Assembly (NCBI GenBank): GCA_963841735.1
Contig: CAWJDT010000001.1
Coordinates: forward strand, 704,001-768,000
Reading direction: 5' to 3'
Origin: an uncultured Actinomycetes bacterium
GTDB lineage: Bacteria > Actinomycetota > Thermoleophilia > RBG-16-64-13
DNA length: 64,000 nucleotides
Made by a program: the position numbers and the translations under genes. Positions within the stretch are counted from its first letter, which is position 1. Each line of letters starts with the position of its first letter. Shown piece by piece: positions 12,137 through 21,943 of the stretch. The notes beneath the pieces are model-generated. The model searched no databases, was not told where the DNA came from, and worked only from the letters and a program-made list of their open reading frames with translations.

Positions 12137-12507
12137 AAGCCGAGGCTGTCGCGTCGCACAAGGGAGGCATGTGGGCCTGGCTGTTCCAGCGCATCACTGC
12201 CGCTCTTCTCATCGTGTGCCTGGCGATTCACCTGATTCTCACGCACATTCTCAACATCGGTGACCTCACCTATGACACCGTGGGCAAGCGCGTGGCCCAC
12301 GGCAGCGTGACCGCGTTGGACCTCATCCTGCTGGCAGCCGCCATCTACCACGCTCTCAACGGTCTGCGCATGGTGCTCATGGACTACTGGTTCACCTCGC
12401 GCAAACGGTCACGGGCTCTGACTATCGTCCTCTGGGTCGTGGGTATCGCGTTCCTGGTCTACGGGGTCTGGGGCCTCTGGCCTTACATCGGTTACAAGGT
12501 AGGGTGA
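12133..12507 (+). CDS. sdhD: Succinate dehydrogenase/fumarate reductase membrane anchor subunit
   Basis: WAWLFQRITA, YHALNGLR..LMDY; position between sdhC and sdhA. Confidence 0.85.
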   Translation: MKAEAVASHKGGMWAWLFQRITAALLIVCLAIHLILTHILNIGDLTYDTVGKRVAHGSVTALDLILLAAAIYHALNGLRMVLMDYWFTSRKRSRALTIVLWVVGIAFLVYGVWGLWPYIGYKVG

Positions 12508-12514
12508 GGCAGAT

Positions 12515-14224
12515 ATGATCCATCATGACGTCATTGTTGTAGGAGGGGGTCTCTCCGGTCTCCGGGCGGCTGTGGAAGCCAAGCGGGCTGGGATCGACGT
12601 GGCCATCCTCTCGCAGGTCCACCCGGGCCGCAGCCACTCGGGCGCGGCTCAGGGCGGCATCAACGCCGCACTGGGCAACCACCCGGGCAGCGCCGACGAT
12701 ACCTGGGAGAAACACGCTTTCGATACCACCAAGGGCGGCGATTACCTGGTCGACCAGGACTGCGCCATCCAGATGGCAAAGGATGCCCCCGGAGTCATCT
12801 ACGAGATGGACCACTGGGGTTGCCCGTTCTCCCGTTTCGAAAACGGCACCATCGCCCAGCGGCCGTTCGGCGGCGCCGGCTACCCGCGCTGCTGCTACGG
12901 AGCCGACAAGACCGGCCACTACCTGCTGCATACTCTGGTTGAGCAGGCTTACAAGTTGCAGGTCAAGATCTACGTCGAGCAGTTTGTGTCCAAGCTCATC
13001 GTGCACGAAGGTGTCTGCCAGGGTGTCGTGGCATACGACATGATCAACGGCGGCTTCGAGGCGTTCACGGCCAACGCGGTGATCATGGCGACCGGCGGCG
13101 CCGGTCGCACATACAGCAACTCCACCAATGCCATCATCAGCACCGGCGGGGGAATGGCCATGGCCTACCACGCGGGCGTGCCGCTGAAGGACATGGAGTT
13201 CGTCCAGTTCCACCCCACCGGTCTGTTTACCACCAACATCCTCATGACCGAGGGTGCTCGCGGCGAGGGTGCCTACCTGATCAACGGCTTGGGCGAGCGT
13301 CTCATGGAGAAGTACGCGCCCACCGCCATGGAGCTGGCTCCCCGCGACATAACCTCGCGCTCGATCCAGACCGAGATCAACGAGGGTCGGGGCATCGATG
13401 GGAAAGGCTACGTGTATCTGGACCTGAGGCACCTAGGCGCGGAGAAGATCTTGGAACGCCTGCCGGGCATCCGTGATCTGGCCATCCACTTTGAAGGTGT
13501 GGATCCCATCGAGGCGCCGATCCCGGTGGTTCCCAGCCAGCACTACTGGATGGGCGGCATCGACACCGACGTGAACGGGGCCACAGTCATGCCTGGTCTG
13601 TACGCGGCCGGCGAGTGCGCCTGCGTGTCGGTGCACGGAGCCAACCGCCTGGGCGGCAACTCCCTGCTCGAGACGATCGTGTTCGGTCGCCGCGCCGGCG
13701 CTGAAGTGGTGCGCTACCTAGCAGGAATGAAAGACAACAGGCCAAACGCGCGGACGGCTTTTGAGGCCACCCAGCTCATGGAGCAGAAGGTGGAGGAACT
13801 GGGCTCCAAGACCGGCACCGAGGACGTATACGCGCTTCGCGCCGAGATGACGTCGGCCATGAAAGAGCACTTCGGAGTGTTCCGCGACGAGCCCACCATG
13901 AAGGCAGGAGTGGAGAAGCTTGTCTCCGTGAAAGAGCGGGTCAAGAAAGTCGGCCTGCGTTGGATGGGAGGCGTGTTCAACGTCGACATGATCCGCACGG
14001 TGGAATTCGAGGGTATGGTCGACCTGGCCCTGTGCGTGGCCCTGGGAGCAGTCGCTCGACAGGAGTCGCGTGGAGCTCACTTCCGTACCGACTTCAACAC
14101 TCGCGACGACGACAACTGGCTCAAGCACACGCTGGCCCACTATCAGAGCGACGCGGCCGGCCCGCGCCTTGATAGCAAGTCGGTCACCCTTGGCACCTTC
14201 GAGCTACAGGAGCGGAAGTACTGA
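12515..14224 (+). CDS. sdhA: Succinate dehydrogenase/fumarate reductase flavoprotein
   Basis: GGGLSG, RSHSGAAQGG, QFHPT, TEGARGEG, HGANRLGGNSL, ESRGAH. Confidence 0.95.
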   Translation: MIHHDVIVVGGGLSGLRAAVEAKRAGIDVAILSQVHPGRSHSGAAQGGINAALGNHPGSADDTWEKHAFDTTKGGDYLVDQDCAIQMAKDAPGVIYEMDHWGCPFSRFENGTIAQRPFGGAGYPRCCYGADKTGHYLLHTLVEQAYKLQVKIYVEQFVSKLIVHEGVCQGVVAYDMINGGFEAFTANAVIMATGGAGRTYSNSTNAIISTGGGMAMAYHAGVPLKDMEFVQFHPTGLFTTNILMTEGARGEGAYLINGLGERLMEKYAPTAMELAPRDITSRSIQTEINEGRGIDGKGYVYLDLRHLGAEKILERLPGIRDLAIHFEGVDPIEAPIPVVPSQHYWMGGIDTDVNGATVMPGLYAAGECACVSVHGANRLGGNSLLETIVFGRRAGAEVVRYLAGMKDNRPNARTAFEATQLMEQKVEELGSKTGTEDVYALRAEMTSAMKEHFGVFRDEPTMKAGVEKLVSVKERVKKVGLRWMGGVFNVDMIRTVEFEGMVDLALCVALGAVARQESRGAHFRTDFNTRDDDNWLKHTLAHYQSDAAGPRLDSKSVTLGTFELQERKY

Positions 14225-14952
14225 TGCCTGACATCAAGTTTCGCCTCAAGCGCCAAGACCCCCGTAGCAAGGACAACTCCGAGGCTCACTGGGAGGAATA
14301 CACCGTCACCTATGAGGGCGAGAACCTCACCGTGTTGGAGGGACTCTTCCACATCCAGGAGAACTTCGACGGCGGCCTGTCGTTCCGTTATTGCTGCAGG
14401 GCGTCTATCTGTGGTAGCTGCGCCATGTACATCAACGGCGCCTACCGCCTAGCCTGCCAGACCAACGTCAAGCACCTGGATACCGATCTCATCACGGTGG
14501 AGCCCATGCCGCACCTGCCCTTGGTCAAGGACATGGTCGTGGGCATGGACGACTTCTTCGCCAAGTATGAGTACATCATGCCTTGGCTGATCCGCAACTC
14601 GCCCGATCCGGAGAAGGAGATCATCCAGTCGCCCGAGGAGCGCAAGGCCTTCGACATGCCGATCGACTGCATCCTCTGCGGCTGCTGCTACTCGAGCTGC
14701 CCGTCGGCATGGGGTGAGGCGAACTACATGGGACCGGCCGCGCTGTTGAAGGCCCACCGGTTCGAGGTCGACTCCCGCGACGAGGCGGGCAAGGAACGCA
14801 TGGAGCGCTGGAACAGCGAGCGCGGTGTGTATCGCTGTCACACCATCATGAATTGCGCTGAGGCTTGCCCTAAAGAGCTGAACCCCACCGAGGGGATCCA
14901 GTCGCTCAAGAAGACCGCGGTGCGGCGCATGCTGTTCAAGAAGGCCAAGTAG
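14224..14952 (+). CDS. sdhB: Succinate dehydrogenase/fumarate reductase iron-sulfur subunit
   Basis: CRASICGSC, CILCGCCYSSCP, CHTIMNCAEACP. Confidence 0.95.
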   Translation: MPDIKFRLKRQDPRSKDNSEAHWEEYTVTYEGENLTVLEGLFHIQENFDGGLSFRYCCRASICGSCAMYINGAYRLACQTNVKHLDTDLITVEPMPHLPLVKDMVVGMDDFFAKYEYIMPWLIRNSPDPEKEIIQSPEERKAFDMPIDCILCGCCYSSCPSAWGEANYMGPAALLKAHRFEVDSRDEAGKERMERWNSERGVYRCHTIMNCAEACPKELNPTEGIQSLKKTAVRRMLFKKAK

Positions 14953-15007
14953 CGGAAGAGCTGAGGCGCGCCTCCTAGGCGCGACGCCGGCGTTGATACG
15001 CGACTGC

Positions 15008-15050
15008 GACCGGCCGGTGCCCCTCTGGGGGCGCCGGCCGGTCTTGTTCT
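15008..15050 (+). terminator. Intrinsic terminator after the fum-sdh operon
   Basis: 16-bp stem GACCGGCCGGTGCCCC / GGGGCGCCGGCCGGTC followed by TTGTTCT. Confidence 0.65.
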
Positions 15051-15079
15051 ACCCGGCGGTGTTGTACCCGCCGTCTTGT

Positions 15080-15838
15080 TCAGGCGGCGCCGTCCCCATT
15101 CGTCACACGGCCGTCGAGCATGTGGAACACGCGGTCGCAGGTGGAGGCTACGCCCGGGTCGTGGGTGACGAGCACGAAGGTGGTGCCGGTGTCGCGATTG
15201 ATCTGATGCATCATTTCCACGATCTCGGCCGAACTGACTGAGTCCAGGTTGCCCGTGGGCTCGTCGCCGAAGATGACCTTGGGGTTGTTGACCAAAGCGC
15301 GGGCGATGGCGACGCGCTGCTGCTGACCGCCGGACAGTTCCGTGGGTCGGTGACCTTCGCGGTCGGCGAGACCTACCTTGGCCATTGCGCTCCGCGCCGC
15401 TTCGCGGGCTTCGCGCCTCCCCTTGCCCGCATACTCAGCGGCCAGCATGACGTTCTCGAGAGCGGTGAGGCTGGTCACCAGGTTGAAGGTCTGGAAGATG
15501 AAGCCCACTTCGCTGCGTCGCAGCTCGGCCAGCGCCTTGCCGCCAAGGGTGTCGACCCGCCGGCCGTCCAGCCAGACTTCGCCGGAGTCGGCCGAGTCCA
15601 GGCAGCCGAGGATGTGAAGCAGAGTGGACTTGCCGGAGCCGGAGGGGCCCATGATGCCCACCACTTCGCGCCGGCGGATCTCCAGGGAAGCTTCCTGAAG
15701 GGCGTCGACGTAGTTGTCCTTGCCCATCACATAGCGCTTGTAGATGCCCACACCCCGGATGATGATGTTCGGGGCGGTGACCATGTCGGTTGTGCCGTCG
15801 GCGGTCAGGTGGCCGGCAGTGTCTGTTAGAGGCTGCAT
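15080..15838 (-). CDS. ABC transporter ATP-binding protein (LolD/MacB-type)
   Basis: GPSGSGKST, LSGGQQQRVAIARA, DEPTGNLD. Confidence 0.93.
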   Translation of the reverse strand: MQPLTDTAGHLTADGTTDMVTAPNIIIRGVGIYKRYVMGKDNYVDALQEASLEIRRREVVGIMGPSGSGKSTLLHILGCLDSADSGEVWLDGRRVDTLGGKALAELRRSEVGFIFQTFNLVTSLTALENVMLAAEYAGKGRREAREAARSAMAKVGLADREGHRPTELSGGQQQRVAIARALVNNPKVIFGDEPTGNLDSVSSAEIVEMMHQINRDTGTTFVLVTHDPGVASTCDRVFHMLDGRVTNGDGAA

Positions 15839-15847
15839 TCTTGACTC

Positions 15848-17005
15848 CTATTCGTAACGAAGAGCGACGACCGGCTTGAGCCGGGCGGCGTGGAAGGACG
15901 GATACAGCCCGCTCACCAGACCCAGAAGCACCGCGAACAGTACGGAGCCGATGGCCAACCGGGGAGTGACCAAGAAGAGATCGAGGTTGCGGGACTCCAA
16001 GGCCATGTTAGCCACCGTGGCAGCCACCCAGCCAAGCAACAGCCCCGAGACTCCGCCAATGAGACCGATGATGCCGGATTCGCCCAAGAACTGCCGCACG
16101 ATCTGGCCGTCGGAGGCGCCTATGGCCTTGCGGACACCGATCTCGCGGGTGCGCTCGTTGACCGACATGGTCATGGTATTGATCACCGAAAGCCCGCCGA
16201 CGATGAGGGCGATTATGGCTATGCCGTACAGGATGAGGTTCATGACGCTCATGGTGCTGGCTATCTGCTCCTGGAAGGCTTTGGGGCCGGTAGCCTTGAC
16301 CTCGGGGACCGCCGCGTTGATGGCGGTAGCGAGCTCCTCAGGGTCGGTGCCCGGAGTGGGATAGACCACGAAGGAGGTGACAAAAGTGCTCGGGTCCGCC
16401 CCGCCGCGGTAGACCTCCGGGAGGGCCTGGTAGAAGAGGCGTTGCGCGTCGGGCAGGGTCAACCAGACTGAGGTGTCGGGCATGGTGAGGGTCTTGTCCA
16501 AGATCCCTACGACCGTGAACTGCTCTCCACGTACGGTGACGGTGCCGCCGACTTGACCGGCCAGCTTCTTGACCATGTCGGAGCCGAGTATCACCGAGCC
16601 GGTGTCGTCGGGAGTCAGCGCCCGCCCGTCTGAGTAGGAGATCTCAAAACTCTCCAGGTTGTCGCCACGCATGTCGCTGGCGGTGATCATGGCAGGCATT
16701 CCGAAGCTGGCGCCGGCCTCGGTGTCCAAAAGCATGCCTATTTGGGCCGAAACTTCAGCCACGCCGGGGACTGCTTTGATGGGCTCACGTTTGTCGATAG
16801 ACAATGCCTCGGAGGCGAACATCGACGTGCCGGCCGCCTGCACCGTGACCTTGTCGGAGTAGTACTTGGTGCCTCCAGATACGAGCATGTTGATCTTCTC
16901 GGCCATGCCGCCCATGACCACCAGGGTGAGCACCCCGATGGTGATGCCGAAGATGGTGAGCATCACCCTCAGCTTTCGTTTGAACACGTTCCGCAGGATC
17001 CTCAC
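15848..17005 (-). CDS. ABC transporter permease (MacB/FtsX family)
   Basis: LTIFGITIG, NTMTMSVNERTREIGVRKAIGA, GLYPSFHAARLKPVVALRYE. Confidence 0.92.
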   Translation of the reverse strand: MRILRNVFKRKLRVMLTIFGITIGVLTLVVMGGMAEKINMLVSGGTKYYSDKVTVQAAGTSMFASEALSIDKREPIKAVPGVAEVSAQIGMLLDTEAGASFGMPAMITASDMRGDNLESFEISYSDGRALTPDDTGSVILGSDMVKKLAGQVGGTVTVRGEQFTVVGILDKTLTMPDTSVWLTLPDAQRLFYQALPEVYRGGADPSTFVTSFVVYPTPGTDPEELATAINAAVPEVKATGPKAFQEQIASTMSVMNLILYGIAIIALIVGGLSVINTMTMSVNERTREIGVRKAIGASDGQIVRQFLGESGIIGLIGGVSGLLLGWVAATVANMALESRNLDLFLVTPRLAIGSVLFAVLLGLVSGLYPSFHAARLKPVVALRYE

Positions 17006-17147
17006 TCTTGGTCCCCTTCCTTGTCCGCGCGAGCCTTGTGGCTCCCGATCATTCCTTTGGCTACCCCGCGACCTGGGTCTGCTAGGCACCGTACTATACT
17101 ACGAACCTCGTACTAGGCAAGGCTCCCCGCCGGGGGGTTCATTCTGG

Positions 17148-17642
17148 TTACGCCGCATACACGTGCACCTTGTCGCCGTCTTTGGAGTCGACGTCTATCT
17201 CCATCTCGCGCAGGGCCTCGAGCAGCTCGTCGATGTCTTCGGGCTTGAAGTCGTTGAGGTCGAACGACATGCCTTTGTCGAGCATGGCCTTGTTCACCTG
17301 GTCGCGCGCCGGTTGCGGGATAAGCGAGGTCAGCTTGAGACCGGCCTTCACCAGGTTGAGCGGGATCTTGACGTGGACGTTGTCGCCCTTGACGCTCACC
17401 ACCTTCACGTACAGGAACTTGGGCGCGCCGGTGGAACCGGCGGCGCCGGTCTTGTCTCCGGGTTTGGCGGTGCCGTGCACGAACTTCGACCAGCCGGCTT
17501 TGCCGGCGGTCTTGCCCTCCGAGTCGGTGCCGGCCGCCTGGGCGGCCGGGGCGTCCAGGGCGTCCAGCAGGCGCCCGGCCTCGTCGGCGGTGATCTTCCC
17601 CGTCGCCAATAGATCCAGTATGCGGTTGCGATCGTCACCCAT
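17148..17642 (-). CDS. SHOCT-like (YvlB N-terminal-like) domain protein
   Basis: RNRILDLLATGKITADEAGRLLDAL, VHVKIPLNLVK. Confidence 0.7.
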   Translation of the reverse strand: MGDDRNRILDLLATGKITADEAGRLLDALDAPAAQAAGTDSEGKTAGKAGWSKFVHGTAKPGDKTGAAGSTGAPKFLYVKVVSVKGDNVHVKIPLNLVKAGLKLTSLIPQPARDQVNKAMLDKGMSFDLNDFKPEDIDELLEALREMEIDVDSKDGDKVHVYAA

Positions 17643-17659
17643 GATGGTCTCCTTTGTAC

Positions 17660-17950
17660 CTAGCGGAGCGTGAAAGCCACGGTCCGGCTGTTATTGCGCC
17701 TTTCTTGGACGAACACTTCGGTGCCCCGGGTCTCGCTGAGGATGCTCAGCACCCCGAAGAAGAAGCGAGTGAACCCGGTTTTGTAACGCGCCACGATTCC
17801 GACAAGATCGGCAAACAGAGTGCATATGAGCGTGAGCAGCAGCAGTGGCAGCAACAGCGGCCAAAGCAGAAAGAGCGGGAACCAGAATTTGAACTTGGTA
17901 CGCTCCTCTTGCACGATGCGCATGGACACCAGATAGGGCGGCATCTTCAT
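17660..17950 (-). CDS. Small membrane protein
   Basis: FWFPLFLLWPLLLPLLLL; ATGA coupling to the DUF2089 gene. Confidence 0.65.
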   Translation of the reverse strand: MKMPPYLVSMRIVQEERTKFKFWFPLFLLWPLLLPLLLLTLICTLFADLVGIVARYKTGFTRFFFGVLSILSETRGTEVFVQERRNNSRTVAFTLR

Positions 17951-18306
17951 TTCTCCAACCTTTCCGCGGCCTCGGCCACCGAGATCTCTCCGCGCTCCAG
18001 TAGCTCGAAGACCTCATCGTGGGCGGTGAACTGCTCGACCTCCACCAGTTGCAGCTGTTGGACGATGCGGTTGAGGCGGTTCTTGACGGTGGGGTAGCTG
18101 ATGCCAAAGGCTTTCTCCATGTACTTGATGGAGCCGTGGCAGCGCACGAACTCGCAGACGAACACCTGATCTTCGTAGCGAAGGCCGGCAAGTTGAGGGG
18201 GCTCGAACTCACCGCTGATGGTGATGTCGCCGTTCTGCAGGCGCACCGAAGTGACCGTGAACGGTCTGTCTTGGGTGAGATCGGTCAATTCGTTCCATTG
18301 AGCCAT
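17947..18306 (-). CDS. DUF2089 family HTH protein
   Basis: GSIKYMEKAFGISYPTVKNRL and C-terminal LERGEISVAEA. Confidence 0.85.
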   Translation of the reverse strand: MAQWNELTDLTQDRPFTVTSVRLQNGDITISGEFEPPQLAGLRYEDQVFVCEFVRCHGSIKYMEKAFGISYPTVKNRLNRIVQQLQLVEVEQFTAHDEVFELLERGEISVAEAAERLEK

Positions 18307-18510
18307 AGCGGCCTCCCTTCGTGAATCTTGACCCATCATAGTGCCAGTGCTTAAGAAAGTCAATGACAACATTAACAATCTTCATGCACGTGCGGTGGGG
18401 AGGGCACAAAGGGACATTCAGGGGCTCCGGTCGCGGTCCGGCACGGGCCCGCGCGCTCCGGTGATGGTCGGCGACCCCGGGCTCCGGGTCAGCCTGCGAA
18501 GGCCGCCCGG

Positions 18511-20124
18511 CTAGTAGACGACGATCCTGAACCCGAGGGGCATCTGCTTGAAGAGTGTGGGCTCCTCCCACATGCAAACGCGCACGCAACCGTGGCTGGC
18601 CGGGTAGGTGGGCACTGTGGGATAGCCGTGCATGGCTATCTCCCCCGCCCTTGGCGCCCAGGTGAAGAAGCGTGGGTAGTACACGTGGGGCCACGGTTCG
18701 CCGGTGTAGCGTTTGTAGACGGTGAAGTCACCGCTGGGGGTGACGGCCCCCACGTTCGCGCTTCCGGTGGAGACGTGCAAAGTCTTCTTGACCGTACCCT
18801 CCTCGATGTAGAGCAGCACCTGCCGGGCCTTGTCGACCTCGACCCAGGCTCCCGTGCCGGTCGCGTGGGCTACCGGCACCGTCGCCGTGACCAGCCTCGC
18901 CCAGTCGTCGGCTCCCATCTTGCCGTCGCGTGTGAGTCCCTCCCACTTCTGAAAGGCGATCACGGCGCTTGCGGTCTTCTGGTCGTAGACGCCGTCTATC
19001 GGTCCGGGCCTGTAAGTGAGGCCGGCCAACTTAGCCTCCAGCCAGGCGACGGCCGTGCCGTTGGAGGGCGAGCTCAGGTTGGGGGTGGCCGGAGGACCAT
19101 CCAAAGGCCAGAACGGCCACATCTGCCAAGCGCTGGAGTTGCTCAGCCCGATGAAATCTACGTTTGTGACCTCGGCCGCGTGGGCGGTGATGGTGGCGGC
19201 AATGGGCGCCGGCACTCCAGCAGGCGTGGTTAGAAGCACAATGCCGCCATCGAGGGCCAGATAGGGTCCGGCCGCCAGAGCGTCGGGAAACTTGTCGCCC
19301 GTGGCCATGGCCAGATGGGTGAACTGGAGGCCTGCGTTGTTCTTGCTCCACTCGGCCACGTTGCTGTTGGTTGCGTAGCGGTCGGCACCGGACAGGTTGG
19401 CAAGAGCGGTCACGCCTCTTGGCAGAGTGACGTACGTGCCTGCCTTGATGGCTGTGGTGATGCCTAGTTCAGTGAGGGCCCTGGCGGAGTAGACGTTCAA
19501 GGCGGCGCCGCCGCCGGACTCGGTAAGCAAAACAGGCCAGAGCTTGGCGCAGGCGAGCGGCGAGACCCCGATGCCATCCGGAAAGCGGGTGCCCGGGGTG
19601 ATGATGGCGGAGGCCCCGGTCATGTCGCCGACCTTATTGCCCAAGGCCTTGGCCACCTTGTAGCTCATCTCGTAGACGCTGCCCCTGGTGCCTCGAAGGG
19701 CGGTGACCTCGACCCCGGGTCCCATGGCGGTCGTCACCGCGGCTACTACGGAGCTGGAGAGGCCGACACAAAACACGTAGCGGGGCGCAAGTCTGAGCAT
19801 CTCCGTTTTGACGGCCCTGTTGAGGCCGCTGGCGGGGGTGAGGAGCACCGGCCCCCCGTAAGCGGCGGCTAACGGCGCTCCGCACAGGGCCTCGGGGAAG
19901 GTCTCTCCCGGAGCCAAGACCAAGCCGGAGTCGGCGGGAAGCGCTCCGGCAAACATGGCTTTGGAGATCCTGATCGCGGTGTCGTAGCGATCGGTGCCTC
20001 GGATGACGTTGTAGTCGGGGGTGGTGGCCAGAGCTGGGGCCGCGGTGAGGAGCAAGATCAAAGCGGTCAGAAAGACCATCCCGCTCAGGAAGACCGTTTG
20101 GCCGGTGACGCGTGAACCGTTCAT
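18511..20124 (-). CDS. Secreted cell-wall-binding-2 repeat / PG-binding / L,D-transpeptidase (YkuD) protein
   Basis: Signal peptide; CWB2 motifs GTDRYDTA, FPEAL, GADRYAT, FPDAL; DGVY..KT..AV.AFQ; HG..ASHGCVR. Confidence 0.85.
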   Translation of the reverse strand: MNGSRVTGQTVFLSGMVFLTALILLLTAAPALATTPDYNVIRGTDRYDTAIRISKAMFAGALPADSGLVLAPGETFPEALCGAPLAAAYGGPVLLTPASGLNRAVKTEMLRLAPRYVFCVGLSSSVVAAVTTAMGPGVEVTALRGTRGSVYEMSYKVAKALGNKVGDMTGASAIITPGTRFPDGIGVSPLACAKLWPVLLTESGGGAALNVYSARALTELGITTAIKAGTYVTLPRGVTALANLSGADRYATNSNVAEWSKNNAGLQFTHLAMATGDKFPDALAAGPYLALDGGIVLLTTPAGVPAPIAATITAHAAEVTNVDFIGLSNSSAWQMWPFWPLDGPPATPNLSSPSNGTAVAWLEAKLAGLTYRPGPIDGVYDQKTASAVIAFQKWEGLTRDGKMGADDWARLVTATVPVAHATGTGAWVEVDKARQVLLYIEEGTVKKTLHVSTGSANVGAVTPSGDFTVYKRYTGEPWPHVYYPRFFTWAPRAGEIAMHGYPTVPTYPASHGCVRVCMWEEPTLFKQMPLGFRIVVY

Positions 20125-20222
20125 GCATCCATCTCCTTCGAGCGGAAGCAGTACACTTCCTATGCTATACGATTAGAGCATCCCGGTGGACCGCGGATGG
20201 TCCAAAAGGGCGGAGAAAGACT

Positions 20223-21089
20223 TTGAAAAACTCGATAGAGGAGATCGTCAAGCGCAGGTATTCGTGTCGGGCCTATGTGGACCGGCCTATCGAAGTCGCG
20301 GACAGGGACGCTATGTCGGAAGCGTTGTCTTCGCTTAGCGCGGGGCCGTTGGGGAGCCGCGCCAAGTTCGCGCTGGTGGCAGCGACCGAGGAAGATCGGA
20401 AGTCACTTAAAGGGCTGGGCACCTATGGCCTCATCAAGGGCGCCACCGGTTTCATCGTGGGGGCGGTGGAGCCTGGACCCAAAGACATGGAGGACTACGG
20501 CTATCTGCGGGAGCGCGCTGTCTTGGCCGCCACCGCCATCGGGTTGGGCACCTGCTGGCTGGGCGGGACCTTCTCCAAGAGCGCCTTCGCCCGCAAGATC
20601 GGGGCCACCAGCGGCGAAGTCGTGCCCGCTGTGGTGGCTACCGGCTACGCGGCCGAGGGCTCCAGGGAAGGCAAGATCCGGGAGCGGGCCGGCAGCAACC
20701 ACAGGCTTCCCTTCGAGCAGCTGTTTTTCGACGAGAAGCTGGGGCAGCCCTTGGCGCCCGCCGCAACCGCCGGGTATGCGGAGGTTCTCGAGGCGATGCG
20801 CCGGGCGCCTTCGGCCTCCAACAAGCAGCCCTGGCGCGTTGTGAGGTCCGGCGACCGCTGGCACTTCTATCTGCAACGCACCAAGGGCTACGGTAAGGGT
20901 ACCGTGGTCTTCTCGTTGCTTAGGATCGCGGACCTCCAGCGCGTGGATATGGGCATAGCCATGAGCCATTTCGAGCTGGTGGCCCGCGAACGCGGACTGA
21001 CCGGGCGCTGGGCGGTGGAGCCTCCTGTGGGTGGCTCGCTTGCCGAGGGCGCCGAGTACACGGTCACGTGGATCCCCGAGGCCGGATAG
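20223..21089 (+). CDS. Nitroreductase family protein
   Basis: RRYSCRAY, LGTCWLGG, APSASNKQPWR, DMGIAMSHF. Confidence 0.88.
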   Translation: MKNSIEEIVKRRYSCRAYVDRPIEVADRDAMSEALSSLSAGPLGSRAKFALVAATEEDRKSLKGLGTYGLIKGATGFIVGAVEPGPKDMEDYGYLRERAVLAATAIGLGTCWLGGTFSKSAFARKIGATSGEVVPAVVATGYAAEGSREGKIRERAGSNHRLPFEQLFFDEKLGQPLAPAATAGYAEVLEAMRRAPSASNKQPWRVVRSGDRWHFYLQRTKGYGKGTVVFSLLRIADLQRVDMGIAMSHFELVARERGLTGRWAVEPPVGGSLAEGAEYTVTWIPEAG

Positions 21090-21128
21090 ACCCGTGCGCC
21101 GGCCGGCGCACGAAGTCGGTGAAAGCGG

Positions 21129-21569
21129 CTACAGACCTCTGGGGAACACCTGGTACTCGAACCGGTAGCCGTTGCGTTCGGCAAGGGCCTGGACCGCCGC
21201 GCGGATCTTGCCGTAGTCGAAGGTGAAGGCGTACTTCTTGCCCAGCATGCTGCCCTGGGCCTCGATGCTGCCTTCGCGGCCGTTGGGTCCTGTCTTGTAC
21301 GTCTCCTTTGAGAAGCTCCAGCCTCCGCCGACGTCAACGTTGCTGCCGCCGGACATGCCCGCCCCGCGCTCTTTCAGCGTCTCGGTGAAGTGGACCGACC
21401 GGTCGGTGTCGTCGACCTTGAACTTGGCTGAGTAGTCCACTCTCTTCTTGGACAAGAAGGACTTCTGCTCGGCAATGACCAGACTGGCTTCGCCGCCCTG
21501 GTTCTTGGCGGTAACTTTGGCTCCAACCTCCTGGGAGAAGTAGGCCAAGATCTCCTCTGCAACACCCAT
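21129..21569 (-). CDS. Hypothetical protein
   Basis: Protein-like ORF from MGVAEEIL to YQVFPRGL, with an AGAAAGGA RBS. Confidence 0.6.
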   Translation of the reverse strand: MGVAEEILAYFSQEVGAKVTAKNQGGEASLVIAEQKSFLSKKRVDYSAKFKVDDTDRSVHFTETLKERGAGMSGGSNVDVGGGWSFSKETYKTGPNGREGSIEAQGSMLGKKYAFTFDYGKIRAAVQALAERNGYRFEYQVFPRGL

Positions 21570-21796
21570 GACTTTCGTCCTTTCTCGAAGCATCGCCCCG
21601 CCTGACGGTGACGATGACATGGTAGATATCCCTGCCCCTCCAGGCAATGGCCATCGGCATTCGCGTCCGCGGCCACCGCGCTTCCGAAGGGAGCGCAGGC
21701 AAAGCTCGCACACGAGCGACAAATGCTTGGATTGGTGAGCTAGCCTGTCGCCGGCACAGCGCCTTGCTGCAACGCTGCCGTGGTGTCCGGCCAATC

Positions 21797-21835
21797 AGAT
21801 ATATCTATATTAACTCATATCTCAAAGATATATCT
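21797..21835. promoter_or_regulatory. Two perfect AGATATATCT palindromes in an AT-rich patch; putative operator pair
   Basis: AGATATATCT at 21797-21806 and 21826-21835, in the divergent intergenic region before recQ. Confidence 0.55.
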
Positions 21836-21943
21836 CTGGACCGGGTGGTCGATTGCACCGGGCATGAGTCCGGCCGCGGGTGGCGCCGGAGTCGGTGCTC
21901 GCTGGGTCCCACGTGTCCGGCAGCCCCGGTATCATGTGACACC

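Noticed and set aside
21690-21760. GGCAAA-hairpin-GACAAA resembling a c-di-GMP-I riboswitch
   Set aside because: Lacks the GNRA tetraloop, GACGCAAAG and the P2 receptor
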